In this document: positions 9,914 to 19,809 of the stretch, one piece after another | Numbering within the stretch: position 1 is the first letter of the stretch | Layout of the letters: each line of letters opens with the position of its first letter | DNA from: Prasinococcaceae sp. CCMP 1430 | Taxonomy: Eukaryota; Plantae; Prasinodermophyta | Reading direction: 5' to 3' | Length of the DNA stretch: 64,000 nt | Assembly (NCBI GenBank): GCA_013416795.1 | Contig: RQSC01000027.1 | Coordinates: 395,911-459,910 of the forward strand | Program-made: the position numbers and the translations under genes | The notes under the pieces: model-generated | Databases searched by the model: none | Seen by the model: only the letters and a program-made list of their open reading frames with translations | Told to the model about the DNA's origin: nothing

Positions 9914-10480
9914 ATGGCGCTGGGGGGGGGCGGGGGCAGCGCAGGCGACGGCGGTGGCGGTGGCGGCGGCGCGGGCCTCGACAGCATGTTCGACGCGCTC
10001 CAGGCCGGCATGGAAGGGGCGGCGGACGTGCTCACATACCCGGACGAGGCAGCGTACGACGGCGGCCGCGCCAGCGCTGCCGGCGCCAGGGGGGACGGCC
10101 TCGATGGCATCTTCGACGCCCTTCAAGCTGGAATGGAAGAAGCGGCGGACGTGCTCACGTATCCGGATGAGACAGCGCGCGACGACGACCGCACTGGCAC
10201 TGCCGGCGCTGGGGCGGGCGGCCAAGGCGCTGCGACGATTCCGGACGGCGGCGGTGGCGACGGCGAGCTCTTCGATCTGCTTCAGGCGCAGATGGCAGGC
10301 AGGACAGACCAAGCGAGCGGAGCGCCGCCGGCTGGTGGCGACGACTGCCTGATCCTGACCGCGGAGGACCTACAGGGATGCGCAGAGCGCAGCGCGGCCG
10401 CCGCGGCAGCGACGGCTGCGGCTGCGAGCACCATGGCGTCGGCGCTGGCGGACGCTCAAGCCCGATTAGCCTGGACCTGA
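9914..10480 (+). CDS. Hypothetical acidic Gly/Ala-rich protein with internal ~40-aa repeats
   Basis: ATG 9914; repeated GLDxxFDALQAGMExAADVLTYPDE units and a third degenerate ELFDLLQAQM. Confidence 0.45.
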   Translation: MALGGGGGSAGDGGGGGGGAGLDSMFDALQAGMEGAADVLTYPDEAAYDGGRASAAGARGDGLDGIFDALQAGMEEAADVLTYPDETARDDDRTGTAGAGAGGQGAATIPDGGGGDGELFDLLQAQMAGRTDQASGAPPAGGDDCLILTAEDLQGCAERSAAAAAATAAAASTMASALADAQARLAWT

Positions 10481-10802
10481 ACACGATGCCATAAAATGAA
10501 GTCTTTACGGTATAAACGTCTCTAAAACTTAGCGACTGGCGGCCCCTACCGCCAATCGTTTCTCCCGTAAACCCTGAATGCTTGGCTCCCCAGATCCAAA
10601 CACAGTAATGGGAGGGAGGGTGGGTGTGCTGTGCCGCGCGCGACGCGTAGCGAGCGCACGGTGCAGCAACAACGCAGAGTGGCACTCCTGGCTGATCGGC
10701 CCCCTAGGGTTAGGATTTCCCTCGGGGAACCGCCGCCAGAAACTAACAACACACAACCCAATATCCAAAAGGGGCATTAGCCTGGACCTGAACACGATGC
10801 CA
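10465..10802. mobile_element. 284-bp insertion (10492-10775) flanked by perfect 27-bp direct repeats; putative non-autonomous element
   Basis: ATTAGCCTGGACCTGAACACGATGCCA at 10465-10491 and 10776-10802; the insert contains a copy of a dispersed repeat. Confidence 0.6.
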
Positions 10803-11098
10803 ATGTCGCGTCGATCAGTCGGCTGCTGTGCTCTGAAGCAATCCTCCGCGCCAAGCACTCCCACTTCCAGATAAAGTGCCGCCGAGATCGCCGTGAGCAG
10901 GGCGCGCGCCTCTTCGGTCTTCTGAGTGGCGAGAGCCTGTTGATAGGCGGGTGAAGTGAGCGCGAGCTCGTGGGTTGCTAGCAACCCCGGCTCGTTACGT
11001 TGACCCGCCCCCCCGCGAGGGTGATGCCGGCCAAAATGAGGCGCCGCACTAACGTACGACGCTAGGTCACTCCCTACGCCCTACGTGGCGTGACGCGT

Positions 11099-11243
11099 TG
11101 TGCTGTGCCGCGCGCGACGCGTAGCGAGCGCACGGTGCAGCAACAACGCAGAGTGGCACTCCTGGCTGATCGGCCCCCTAGGGTTAGGATTTCCCTCGGG
11201 GAACCGCCGCCAGAAACTAACAACACACAACCCAATATCCAAA
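11099..11243. repeat. 145-bp copy of dispersed repeat, identical to 10625-10769, abutting an N gap
   Basis: Direct sequence identity TGTGCTGTGCCG...CCCAATATCCAAA. Confidence 0.9.
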
Positions 11244-11608
11244 NNNNNNNNNNNNNNNNNNNNNNNNNNNNNNNNNNNNNNNNNNNNNNNNNNNNNNNNN
11301 NNNNNNNNNNNNNNNNNNNNNNNNCGGTTTCGGCGGGCAATTTACCGGAGCGGGTGCCGCGACGCGGGGTGTATTTTGATGGCGTTTCGACGACGGAAAA
11401 AACGAGCGAATGCCGCGGGAAAGAACAAAATGCGCGGCGCATGCTTGCGCCCCCCCCCCGCCCCCCCCCCCCCCCTCGCCGCGTGCGCCAGACACCGCGC
11501 GGCGTCCCCGCCGCGCCGCGCCCCCGCGCGCACACCCGGGGGGAGGCAGCGAGCCGAGAAGCGAGGGAGAGCGCCGAGAGGCCGCCGCCACCGCCACCGC
11601 CGCTCGCC

Positions 11609-11702
11609 ATGATGAACATATTCAGGCTCATGGGCGACATGACGCACCTCATGTCGATCGTCATGCTGCTGCTCAAGATCCACGCGACGCGGTCGTGCGC
11701 AG
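11609..11702 (+). CDS. ERD2: ER lumen protein-retaining (KDEL/HDEL) receptor, first exon only
   Basis: MMNIFRLMGDMTHLMSIVMLLLKIHATRSCAG followed by donor GTGCGG; no downstream ERD2 exons found in the window. Confidence 0.8.
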
Positions 11703-12424
11703 GTGCGGTGGGCGGGGGCACGCGCGCGCCGCGCCGCGGCAAAGGGGCGGGACAGGATGGAGGCGTGACGGCATGTGATGGGAGGCCAGGGTGGGGGCCA
11801 TGGATGGGGGCGCGGTGGATTTGGGTCGCTCGCCTCGCTGGCGCGCTCGTGCGCGCGTGGGTCGCGTATGTGACTGGACACGCGCTTGCATGCACGTGCG
11901 AGCATGCGCCACGGCGCCGCCACGCTCGCCTGTGCCGCTGCGCGCGCGCACGCCATCGTTCCTTCCCTCCTTCCTCTCCCACCGTGTCCCGCGCGCGGCG
12001 CGCACTCTGCCACCCGGGCAGGAGAGCGAGCCAGCGTGCGGCTTCGGCGGGTGCGACGCGAGCCGGCCGGCGCCGCCAGCTGCACGCGCGCGATGCCTCA
12101 ACGGCACAAAAGGATAAGTTGCCGATATGACCCTAAACACATCATCTCGCCATACATGTCAATTACATGTCAAACCCGAACCAATCTAACTTTTTACGGA
12201 CCCTCTTTGGGGCGCCGCACGTGAGACCACGTCCGACTGCCACGGCTGGACGGCGTGCGGGCCCCCGCGCCGGGAAAATGCGAGGAAAAAAAAAGGGGTG
12301 GGTGAGTTGGTTCGTTTTGATAGGAGGGACCGGAAAAAAAAGGCGGCACGCGTTGCGCCCGTCGTTGCGCGCGCTGCGGGGAGGGGCGGCACAGCGCGCA
12401 CGCCCGGCGCCCCGCTCTGCAGTC

Positions 12425-12921
12425 ATGGCCGCCCGCACGGCCGTCCGCATGGCGGCGTTCCTCGACGGCGGCAAGAGCGGCAACAGGCCGCAGGGCGGCA
12501 ACCGCGGCCCGCCCCCGGCGCCGCCCGCGGTCTCGAACTACAACGGCGTGCACCAGGCGCTCGTCGTCGTCGGCGAGAAGGAGTCCGTCGAGGGCGCGCT
12601 GCGGAGGTTCAGGCGCGGCGTCATCGACTCGGACTGCATTATGGAGACGCGCCGCAGGCGCTACTTCGAGGACGCGCAGGACGTCATCAAGCGCAAGGAG
12701 GCCAAGGCGCGCCGCATCCGCTCCAAGAACCGTGCGTCGCGCGCGGGCGCCGCCGCCGCGCCGCGCCGCGCAATTTCCCTCGGGGAACCGCCGCCAGAAA
12801 CTAACAACACACAACCCAATATCCAAATGTCACCGCGGACGTGCCGTCAGATACAGGCGCGGCCCAATTGATGCCAGTGTCATCGCCCGCGCGCGTGTGC
12901 GACTTCAGGCTCGATGAGTGA
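12425..12921 (+). CDS. PRPS21: Plastid ribosomal protein bS21 (nuclear-encoded); exon 12425-12731, probable short second exon 12857-12921
   Basis: VVVGEKESVEGALRRFRRGV..METRRRRYFEDAQDVIKRK; donor GTGCGT at 12732. Second exon is inferred. Confidence 0.8.
12773..12827. repeat. 55-bp truncated third copy of the same repeat (equals 10715-10769)
   Basis: ATTTCCCTCGGGGAACCGCCGCCAGAAACTAACAACACACAACCCAATATCCAAA. Confidence 0.9.
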
Positions 12922-13071
12922 TGGGCAGCTGCCACGGGGCGCGCAGGGCGCCCGCAATGAAAATCAGTGCTAATCTATTGGGGGGGATGGGCTGCTAAGT
13001 CGCACTTAGTACAATGCGGCGGACAGCAGCGCCGCCGCTCGCGCGCGCTTGTCGACGCCCCGGCGCGCTCC

Positions 13072-14208
13072 CTAGTCTTCGAAGATGCCCTTGACGTACA
13101 CCATACCCTTCTCATTGAGGCTGAGCGCCCTGCGGAAGTCCTCCACAGCATCCACGGGCCCCTGCACGCGAATGTCTGTCTCCGAGTCGTTGTCGTTGGT
13201 CACGAGCTTCACCTTGACCTCCTCGACCTGCGCCGCGTTCTCCCAGTAGTACACGCCGGCGAGGGGGCTCACCAACGTCATCCAGTACCAGTTGTCGCCC
13301 AAGCCAAGCACGTCGATGGTCGACAGGACCAGCGCGAGCGAGCCGAGTCCTGAGACGAAAATGGTGTGCGAGCAGACAGGGCAGGTCAGCAGGCGGTGTG
13401 GGTGTCAGCGAGAGCGGAACGGCGTGATTGCACAGGGCCATCACTCGTGAAGCAGCAGCACGGCGCCGCGCGCCATTGCGCGGGAGCCGCGCGAGAGCGG
13501 AGCCGCGCGGCGCGCACGGCCCGCACCAATGAAGGTGCAGAACACCTGGAAGGCCGCCTGGCCGCGCGAGCGCTCAATGTTTCCGGTGAAGGTGACGATC
13601 TCCCCCGCGTCCGTGATGTTGTAGTTGTTGCGGATGAAGAATGTGCTCACCTCGCGCGCCAGCGCATCGAGCGGCTTGCCGCCTTCGGCTTCGGTGACTG
13701 CTGGGCCCGGCACTGCGTAGGTCTTCTGCACCACCTTGGCCTTGGTGGAGCGCTTGACCAGCGAGTACAGCCCGGGCAGCGAGAAGAGGTACAAGCCGAG
13801 AGTGGTGTAGTACGACGACTTTGCATAGCCAGGCTCGTCCGCGGCGGCCGCCGCCGCGAGCTCGTACACGCCGCGCACGTGCTCGACGTGCTGCGCTGCC
13901 TCGGCCGGCGTGAGCAGCGCAGCAGTCGCCGCGCGGCGTGCGCGCCGCACGCCGCGCCTGCGCTCTCGCGGGGGCAAGGGCGGCAGCAGCCGCTGCCGCG
14001 CGGCACGGGAGGCGCTCTGGGGCTGGCAGCGCCTCCGGCGCGAGCTCGGCTGTGCTCGCCGCCCGGGGCGCGCGAGGCAGGACACGACCAAGGCGCCCAC
14101 CTGAAGGCACACGCTGCGGCGATGATGATGACGCTTTACGACGAGCAGGCCGCGCGCGGGCGCGCGCGCCCGAGCGTGCGCTTCTTGGGAGCATTGGGGG
14201 GGGTGCAT
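13072..14208 (-). CDS. CCB1: Cofactor assembly of complex C subunit B, CCB1 (cytochrome b6f heme ci); intron 13350-13526; start uncertain
   Basis: SYYTTLGLYLFSLPGLYSLVKRSTK, FFIRNNY..GEIVTFTG..SRGQAAF, WYWMTLVSPLAGVYYW, EKGMVYVKGIFE. Confidence 0.9.
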
Positions 14209-14349
14209 CCCTCACATATGCAGAGTCTCCGGCCGTTCATCTCCTCGCGACTTGCGCACGCGCACGCCTGCAGCATCCGTCATCATCTCCACCGCCCCAC
14301 CTCCAAAAAAAAATCGCGAGCAACGCAATGTGCGCTGTCGCACACACCC

Positions 14350-14727
14350 TCATCTACCCCTCTGTTGCGCGAGGCGTTTGGAGTGGCTCGAGCACTCCGG
14401 CGGGCACACCATGTGCGGTAGCGACACACGGCCACAGTACTGGCATTGGCTGGCCGCTTTCACGGGCTCGAGCTGCCGCCACACGGCGCTCTTGACGCGT
14501 GTCTTCGAATGCGACGTGCGCTTCTTGGGTGTGGTGCGCTTGGCCCACCACATCGCGTCGCCAAACAGCTCGCGCGCCTCGTCCGCCCCAAACCCGTCCA
14601 GGACCGCGTCAATACCCCCAACTGGTGCGCCGCCAGCCTGCGTCTGCGCCTGTGCCGCCGCCGCCGCCGCCACAGCCGCTGGCCCCGCCCCGCCGCCCGC
14701 TGCGGCCGCCGCGCGCGCACCCACCAC
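14350..14727 (-). CDS. Organellar (probably mitochondrial) ribosomal protein bL32; start unresolved
   Basis: TPKKRTSHSKTRVK..CQYCGRVSLPHMVC zinc-ribbon pattern. Confidence 0.7.
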   Translation of the reverse strand: MVGARAAAAAGGGAGPAAVAAAAAAQAQTQAGGAPVGGIDAVLDGFGADEARELFGDAMWWAKRTTPKKRTSHSKTRVKSAVWRQLEPVKAASQCQYCGRVSLPHMVCPPECSSHSKRLAQQRGR

Positions 14728-15852
14728 CCGTGCGATCGCGCATTTTCGCCCTCCGCAAATTTTTGGGGCCCTCAGTGCGCGGTGTGCTTGGTTTCGCGCT
14801 CCTGCGCATTTCGCGCGGTGCGCCGGCGCGTGGGCTCAAAACCCTACGCTTTGCATGTAGGAGGGGCCGGGCAGCGGCGCCGCGCTAGGTCGCCGCCGCC
14901 GGGGGCCTTGGAGCGGCCTCGCTGCGTGAGAGCGATCGAGCGCCGGCAGGCCGGACGAGGGACAGGTGGCGAGCCTACCGGCAGTGCGTGGCCCCGCCCG
15001 TGACGCTTGTGGGCGCGCTCCGGCGCACGCAGCCCCAACCTCTCGCGGCGAGTGAGCTCCTCCTCAAACCCTCGAAGGGGGCATTGGAGTCGAGCTACAC
15101 GCGCACCGCATCGGTGCGCGGTGGCCTCGCGCGGTGCTCTGCGCCCCCTGAGGTCGAAAGCACCCCCCAGAGGCTCTCGCACGTGCGTGGGAGGCGCGGG
15201 ATGTCAGGAACACGCCGCGCCGGGTGATGGGTGTTTCGAGCACTCTGATGTTTACCGTGCCGTGCCGTTTTGCCTGTGGCGCAGTCCTGGGGCGTCAGGG
15301 GCACCACGTTCGTCGCGAGGCGTGCACCACGCGCGTGTAGGTGTAGCGCAGGGTGCTGACCCCGTCCCCCCTGCTCGCGCGACCTCGCACCCCACCTGGG
15401 CGTCTCACAGGCAAGATGAACGACTGGATCCGTATCCCCAAGAAGTAAGCCGCGCTCTGCCTGGGCTGGCGTGCTGAGAGCTTGAGCGGCTCGGTGTGCT
15501 GCGTGGTGCGGCGGTGAGTGGCTCGATTGTGAGCACACGACCTCGCACGCACAGCAGGCGGCTCGCTCGCTGGCACAGTAGGATACGGTTCAATAATGTC
15601 GTGCGTGGTTTGGTGAAACATTACGGCGAGTCGCACCCAAGGTGGCAGGAGGGCCATGGGGATCTGGCCGGCGCTTAGGAAAACACTGTCGCAAAATTGT
15701 TGCTCCCGTTACACCGTTGGCCGTGTCTGGGATGATCGCGCAGATCGCGTTGTTTGGGGTGGGAGCGCGGGGCTGAGCTAGCCCGCCACGCACATGGCCC
15801 TCATGGGTGCCTCTGGGTGTGCTGGAGAGAGGCATCAGCGCACGGGGCGTCG

Positions 15853-16842
15853 CTAGTCCTTCCACATATCCGACCACGATTCATCGTCCCAGTCCCCAGC
15901 CCTGGGCTCAGCGCCATTTGCGCCATCGTCGGCTCGTAGCCCCGCCCACTCCTCCCAATCGCGGACGACGTTGTTGAGGAACGCCGGCAGCATGCGGCCG
16001 ATGAGAGCGCGCACGAGCGCGTTTCCGGGCGACTCGACTGTCTTGGCCGGCAGCAGTGTGAAAGGGAGCGTGTAGATGTCCAGGTCGATGGCGAGGTCCG
16101 TCACGCCGTACATATACACCGTTCCTGCTTCCTCGTCGCCCTCAGTGCCACTTTCGTGCTGCGCTTCGAACTCCGCCTGGAGCCCCCTCGCCCCCTCTCC
16201 CCACAGCACCTCATTGGCCATCCTCGCCTTCAGGTGCTCGTTCTGCTTTTCGATGACGCCCGATCCCTCGAGCTGCGCGCTAAGCATCTCGACGCGGCAG
16301 CGGCTGTCGCCACGCACCACGCGAATGTCAATGACCGGCTCGGCGGTGATGTTGAGAAGCTGCAGTTTGCGCACGTGCGCGCGCCACACCGCGCCCCTGT
16401 CGGTGTAGCCGCCCAGCCCCGCGTCACCGTCGGCGTCCTCGTCGGTCCGTACCCCGTCCGGAAGCTTCTCCGCACTCTTCATGGCGCGTAGATTGAGCAC
16501 GCACTCGGCACCTTCGTCCGACGCAAGGAATGCGGGCAGCGAGCGCGACGCGTCCCCGCCGGGGCCGCCGAGCGCTTCGGCGGGCAGCTTCACGCGATCG
16601 ACACGCCGTGTCGCCAGGTGCGCCACCTTGAGTTTTTTGGGCGCCTCGTCGGCCATCGGGTCGAAGGCGAGCTTGGATCCGTCAGACCTGCCCTCACTTG
16701 TCTCCTTGTCGGTCTCGACGCTCTCGGTTGCGCAGCGCGGTGGCGCCATCCCTGCGCGGCGCTGCCGCCGCGGCGTGCGTTTGTGGGGCGCGGCGGCACC
16801 CGCAGCAACGCGCACCGGGGCGCGCCGCATGGTGGCCTCCAT
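15853..16842 (-). CDS. DUF1997 family plastid protein
   Basis: Transit-like N-terminus; LQLLNITAEPVIDIRV, LEGSGVIEKQN, YTLPFTLLPAKTVESPGNALV..LP.FL..VVRDW. Confidence 0.8.
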   Translation of the reverse strand: MEATMRRAPVRVAAGAAAPHKRTPRRQRRAGMAPPRCATESVETDKETSEGRSDGSKLAFDPMADEAPKKLKVAHLATRRVDRVKLPAEALGGPGGDASRSLPAFLASDEGAECVLNLRAMKSAEKLPDGVRTDEDADGDAGLGGYTDRGAVWRAHVRKLQLLNITAEPVIDIRVVRGDSRCRVEMLSAQLEGSGVIEKQNEHLKARMANEVLWGEGARGLQAEFEAQHESGTEGDEEAGTVYMYGVTDLAIDLDIYTLPFTLLPAKTVESPGNALVRALIGRMLPAFLNNVVRDWEEWAGLRADDGANGAEPRAGDWDDESWSDMWKD

Positions 16843-17015
16843 CGTCGCCCGCGGGTTCGCCTTGCTCCCAAACGCGCCGCGCGAGGAATACCTCCTTGGT
16901 GTGCCCCGCGCACCACCTCTGCCTTCCGTTGGCCGCCGCGTCGCCGCTGGCTCGCCCCTCCCTCTCCGCTGACCCCTCCGCCTCTGCGCTCGCCGCGCCG
17001 CGCCACGCCGCACAC

Positions 17016-17530
17016 GTCAGTGCCGTTCGCCACGCACTGCTCGACGAGCGCAGCGCCGTGTTCCGCGTACGGGCCAATGGTTGTCGCAACGACGGACGTC
17101 TGTGAGCACAGCGCGGCCAGCGAGTCGTCATCGTGCGAGTCCGCCACGAGCACGCCCACATCCTCGCCATCATCGCCGAGCGACGCTCGCACCGCCTCGA
17201 GCCGCTCGCGCGACCGCCCGGCGATTGCCCAGCGCAACGGCTCCCGCGGCGCCGCGCCGGAACCAACACGCGGCGCAGTCGCAGCGGCCGTCGGCGACTC
17301 GTACGTCCTCGCGAGGTACTCTGCGACGAGGCGACCCTGCGGGGATGCCCGTGCGCGCCCGCGCATCAGCCGCAGCCTGGGCCAGCGGCGGCTTCATCCC
17401 GCCCGCACGAGCAGTCGCATTGGCGGCAGCCGCGCACGGGCGCGCGCGAACCGCTGGCACGCACCGTGTAGCCGGTGGCGCCGAACACGACGACGTCGAA
17501 AGGCCGCGCAGCGGCGCCCGCCGCCGCCAT
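17016..17530 (-). CDS. Saccharopine dehydrogenase-like oxidoreductase, 5' two exons only (intron 17337-17464)
   Basis: FDVVVFGATGYT|GRLVAEYL, WAIAGRS, TTIGPYAEHGAALVEQCVANGTD then donor GTGTGC; the expected YxDLTGE exon is not found. Confidence 0.75.
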
Positions 17531-17676
17531 GGGACCCCCCGCAGCGCGCGCCGCGCCGCGTGTGGCGCCGCAGCGCCGCCGCCGCCGGAAGCCCCCGCTG
17601 CCCGCACGCAGCGCTTTTTTCCTCGGTCGATTTCGCGCCGTTTTCCCACAGGAAAAGGAAAAGTGCTTCCAAGAAN

Positions 17677-18257
17677 CGTTCGCGCTCGGTGCGGCCGCCG
17701 CGCTCGGCGTTGGCGCTCCCGCCGCGCTCCCCCCGCCCGCGCTCGCGCGCCTTGAGGGCGTCAACAAGCCAGAGCTGCTGCCGGACGGCCCCGTCGTTCC
17801 CGTGGTCGACGTCGCGGGTTACCTCACGCAGGGCGAGATCAAGCGCCTCACCGCGCAGGTCGAGGGAATCGAGGAGGACCTGGGCATCAAGGTGCGCGTC
17901 CTCGCGCAGAACTACCCCGAAACGCCAGGCCTGGCCGTGCGCGACTACTGGGGCGTCGACGATGACACCATCGTGTTTGTGGCCGATCCAACCCTGGGCA
18001 ACATTCTCAACTTCAACGTCGGGTCGAACGTCGACCTCGCGGTCCCGCAGTCGTTCTGGACGCGGCTCGCGGGCAAGTATGGCACGCCGTTCTACTTTGA
18101 GGAGGCGGGGCCAGAGGCGTCCATCGTGAACGCCGTGAGCGCGATCAATAGCTGTCTGCGCGAGGAGGAGGGACGCGGCAAGTGCTCCACAGTCCTGGGC
18201 GAGTTCGACGAGGAGAACGCTCCCAGGAAGAAGAAGGGACTGTTCGGCATGTTCTAG
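17677..18257 (+). CDS. Thylakoid lumen TPM-domain protein (15.0 kDa protein 2-like), 5' lost at gap
   Basis: ALA|RLEGVNKPELLP, RVLAQNYPETPGLAVRDYWGVDDDTIVFVADP, NILNFNVG, FWTRLAGKYG. Confidence 0.85.
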
Positions 18258-18762
18258 GTCCAGGTGCCGTCGTCCACTGCGGTCGCGGCGCCCGTCCATA
18301 GTAATATCGCCGTAGCAGCGAGCAGCGAGTGCGCACCTGGCTTCGCTGGCGAGCAACCCTTGGCCCACGGCACAGCGCAGGCACTCTGTCCGCTCAGCGC
18401 GTGGAGGCCAGAGCGGAAAGCCTTTGCTGAGCTGGTCCCCCTCCGCTCTGTTCATGGGCGGGAAACGCCCGCCCGCCCCCGAGCTCACCCATTGGGGGCC
18501 CTTGCATGTGCCACACGTGCTCCCAACCCCGCCCCCCCTCCTCTCCCTTACCCATCCCCGGGGGGCGACGCGACGCGCCAGCCGCACGGCGTCCTCAGTC
18601 TCGGCGCGTGGCCATGCCGCGTGTGTGTCGACCGCGTTCTACGCAGCATTGGTCGTGCCTATCATCAAGAGCAGGGCCCTGCTGAACGTTGCCGGCGACG
18701 CTGGCGAGGGCGCCACGCTGGCGGCCGCGAGCTCAGAGCCTCCCGCAAGCGCCGCAGCGAGC

Positions 18763-19743
18763 ATGGCGCTCGTGGGGCCTGCAGGGGCGGCGCACACGTC
18801 GGCGGGGCGGCGATGGGTGTCAAATGCTGCGGCTTTGCCGCCATCCACGGCGGCCGCTGCGAATGCGGCGCTCAGCGGCGGCGGTGCGGCGCCGCTCGTG
18901 TCGCCGGCGGTGCGCTCGTCCGCGGCGACGCCCGACGCCTTCCTGAGCGCGATGCCGCGAGGGGCGTACAGCAACGCGCGCACGGTGGGCGGCGCAGCCG
19001 ACGCGGCTGTCTTCGAGTTGGACAGGCACATTGAGCGGGTGGCGGCCTCAGGCGCTCTGATGGGCCTCGAGTGGGTCACGCCCGACGCGATGCAAGCGTT
19101 GGTGCCCCCCGCGTGCAAGGCGGCGCTTGACGAGGTAGTCCGAGCGAATGGCCACCTCGGCAACACTCGAGACGCCAAGCTCACTCTCCTGGCGGCGGAG
19201 GACGGTAAGCTCCACGTGCACGCGTCGTTGCTGCCGCCAGTTCGCAGCGGACACATCGTATGCTGCGTCGCGGGCTCGCCAAGGGAGAACGCCGCGGCGA
19301 AGGACTCGTCGTGGGCCGAAGAGCGCCAGGCACTGGAGCGCTCCATGCCGCCCTACGCCGAGGAGCTGCTGCTCACCAACGAGAGTGGGGAAGTTCTCGA
19401 GGGTGCGGGCTCTAACTTCTTTGCCGTCGCGATGGACGGTGAGGTGTGGACCGCCGACGAGGGAGTTCTGAAGGGGAGCATAAGGGACGCCGTTCTGGGC
19501 GTGTGCGCAGACGAAGGCATCGCCGTGAGGCTCTCCCCGCCGAAATTGCAGGATGCCGCGATGGGCTTGTGGGAGGGCGCACTCATCACCAGCACCAGTC
19601 GCCTGGCGATGCCCGTGGACTTCGTGGAACTAGGCGAGAGCTTCGGCTCAAAGCAGGTCGCGCTCGAGCATGGCGGGCTCGCTCACCACCTCGCCAGGGC
19701 AGTCGCTGCGCGAGTGCAGAATGAGGCCGTGGTGCTGAGGTAG
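18763..19743 (+). CDS. PLP-dependent aminotransferase class IV family protein
   Basis: PRGAYSNART, HIERV, AKDSSW, ELLL..GEVLEGAGSNFF, GVLKGSIR, ALITSTSR; start uncertain. Confidence 0.8.
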   Translation: MALVGPAGAAHTSAGRRWVSNAAALPPSTAAAANAALSGGGAAPLVSPAVRSSAATPDAFLSAMPRGAYSNARTVGGAADAAVFELDRHIERVAASGALMGLEWVTPDAMQALVPPACKAALDEVVRANGHLGNTRDAKLTLLAAEDGKLHVHASLLPPVRSGHIVCCVAGSPRENAAAKDSSWAEERQALERSMPPYAEELLLTNESGEVLEGAGSNFFAVAMDGEVWTADEGVLKGSIRDAVLGVCADEGIAVRLSPPKLQDAAMGLWEGALITSTSRLAMPVDFVELGESFGSKQVALEHGGLAHHLARAVAARVQNEAVVLR

Positions 19744-19809
19744 GAGTGTCCTGTGTGACTACTGTACAATGGTAATATTATTCACATGCGGCTGGCACAG
19801 CGCCGTTGC

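Noticed and set aside
10704-10730. Helitron-like 3' end (hairpin then CTAG on the minus strand)
   Set aside because: Shared sequence continues past the CTAG in two copies, the third lacks it, and Helitrons do not make 27-bp duplications.
10465-12827. CRISPR-like array or hammerhead ribozyme in the repeat cluster
   Set aside because: No regular repeat-spacer periodicity, eukaryotic context, and no CUGANGA..GAAA core.
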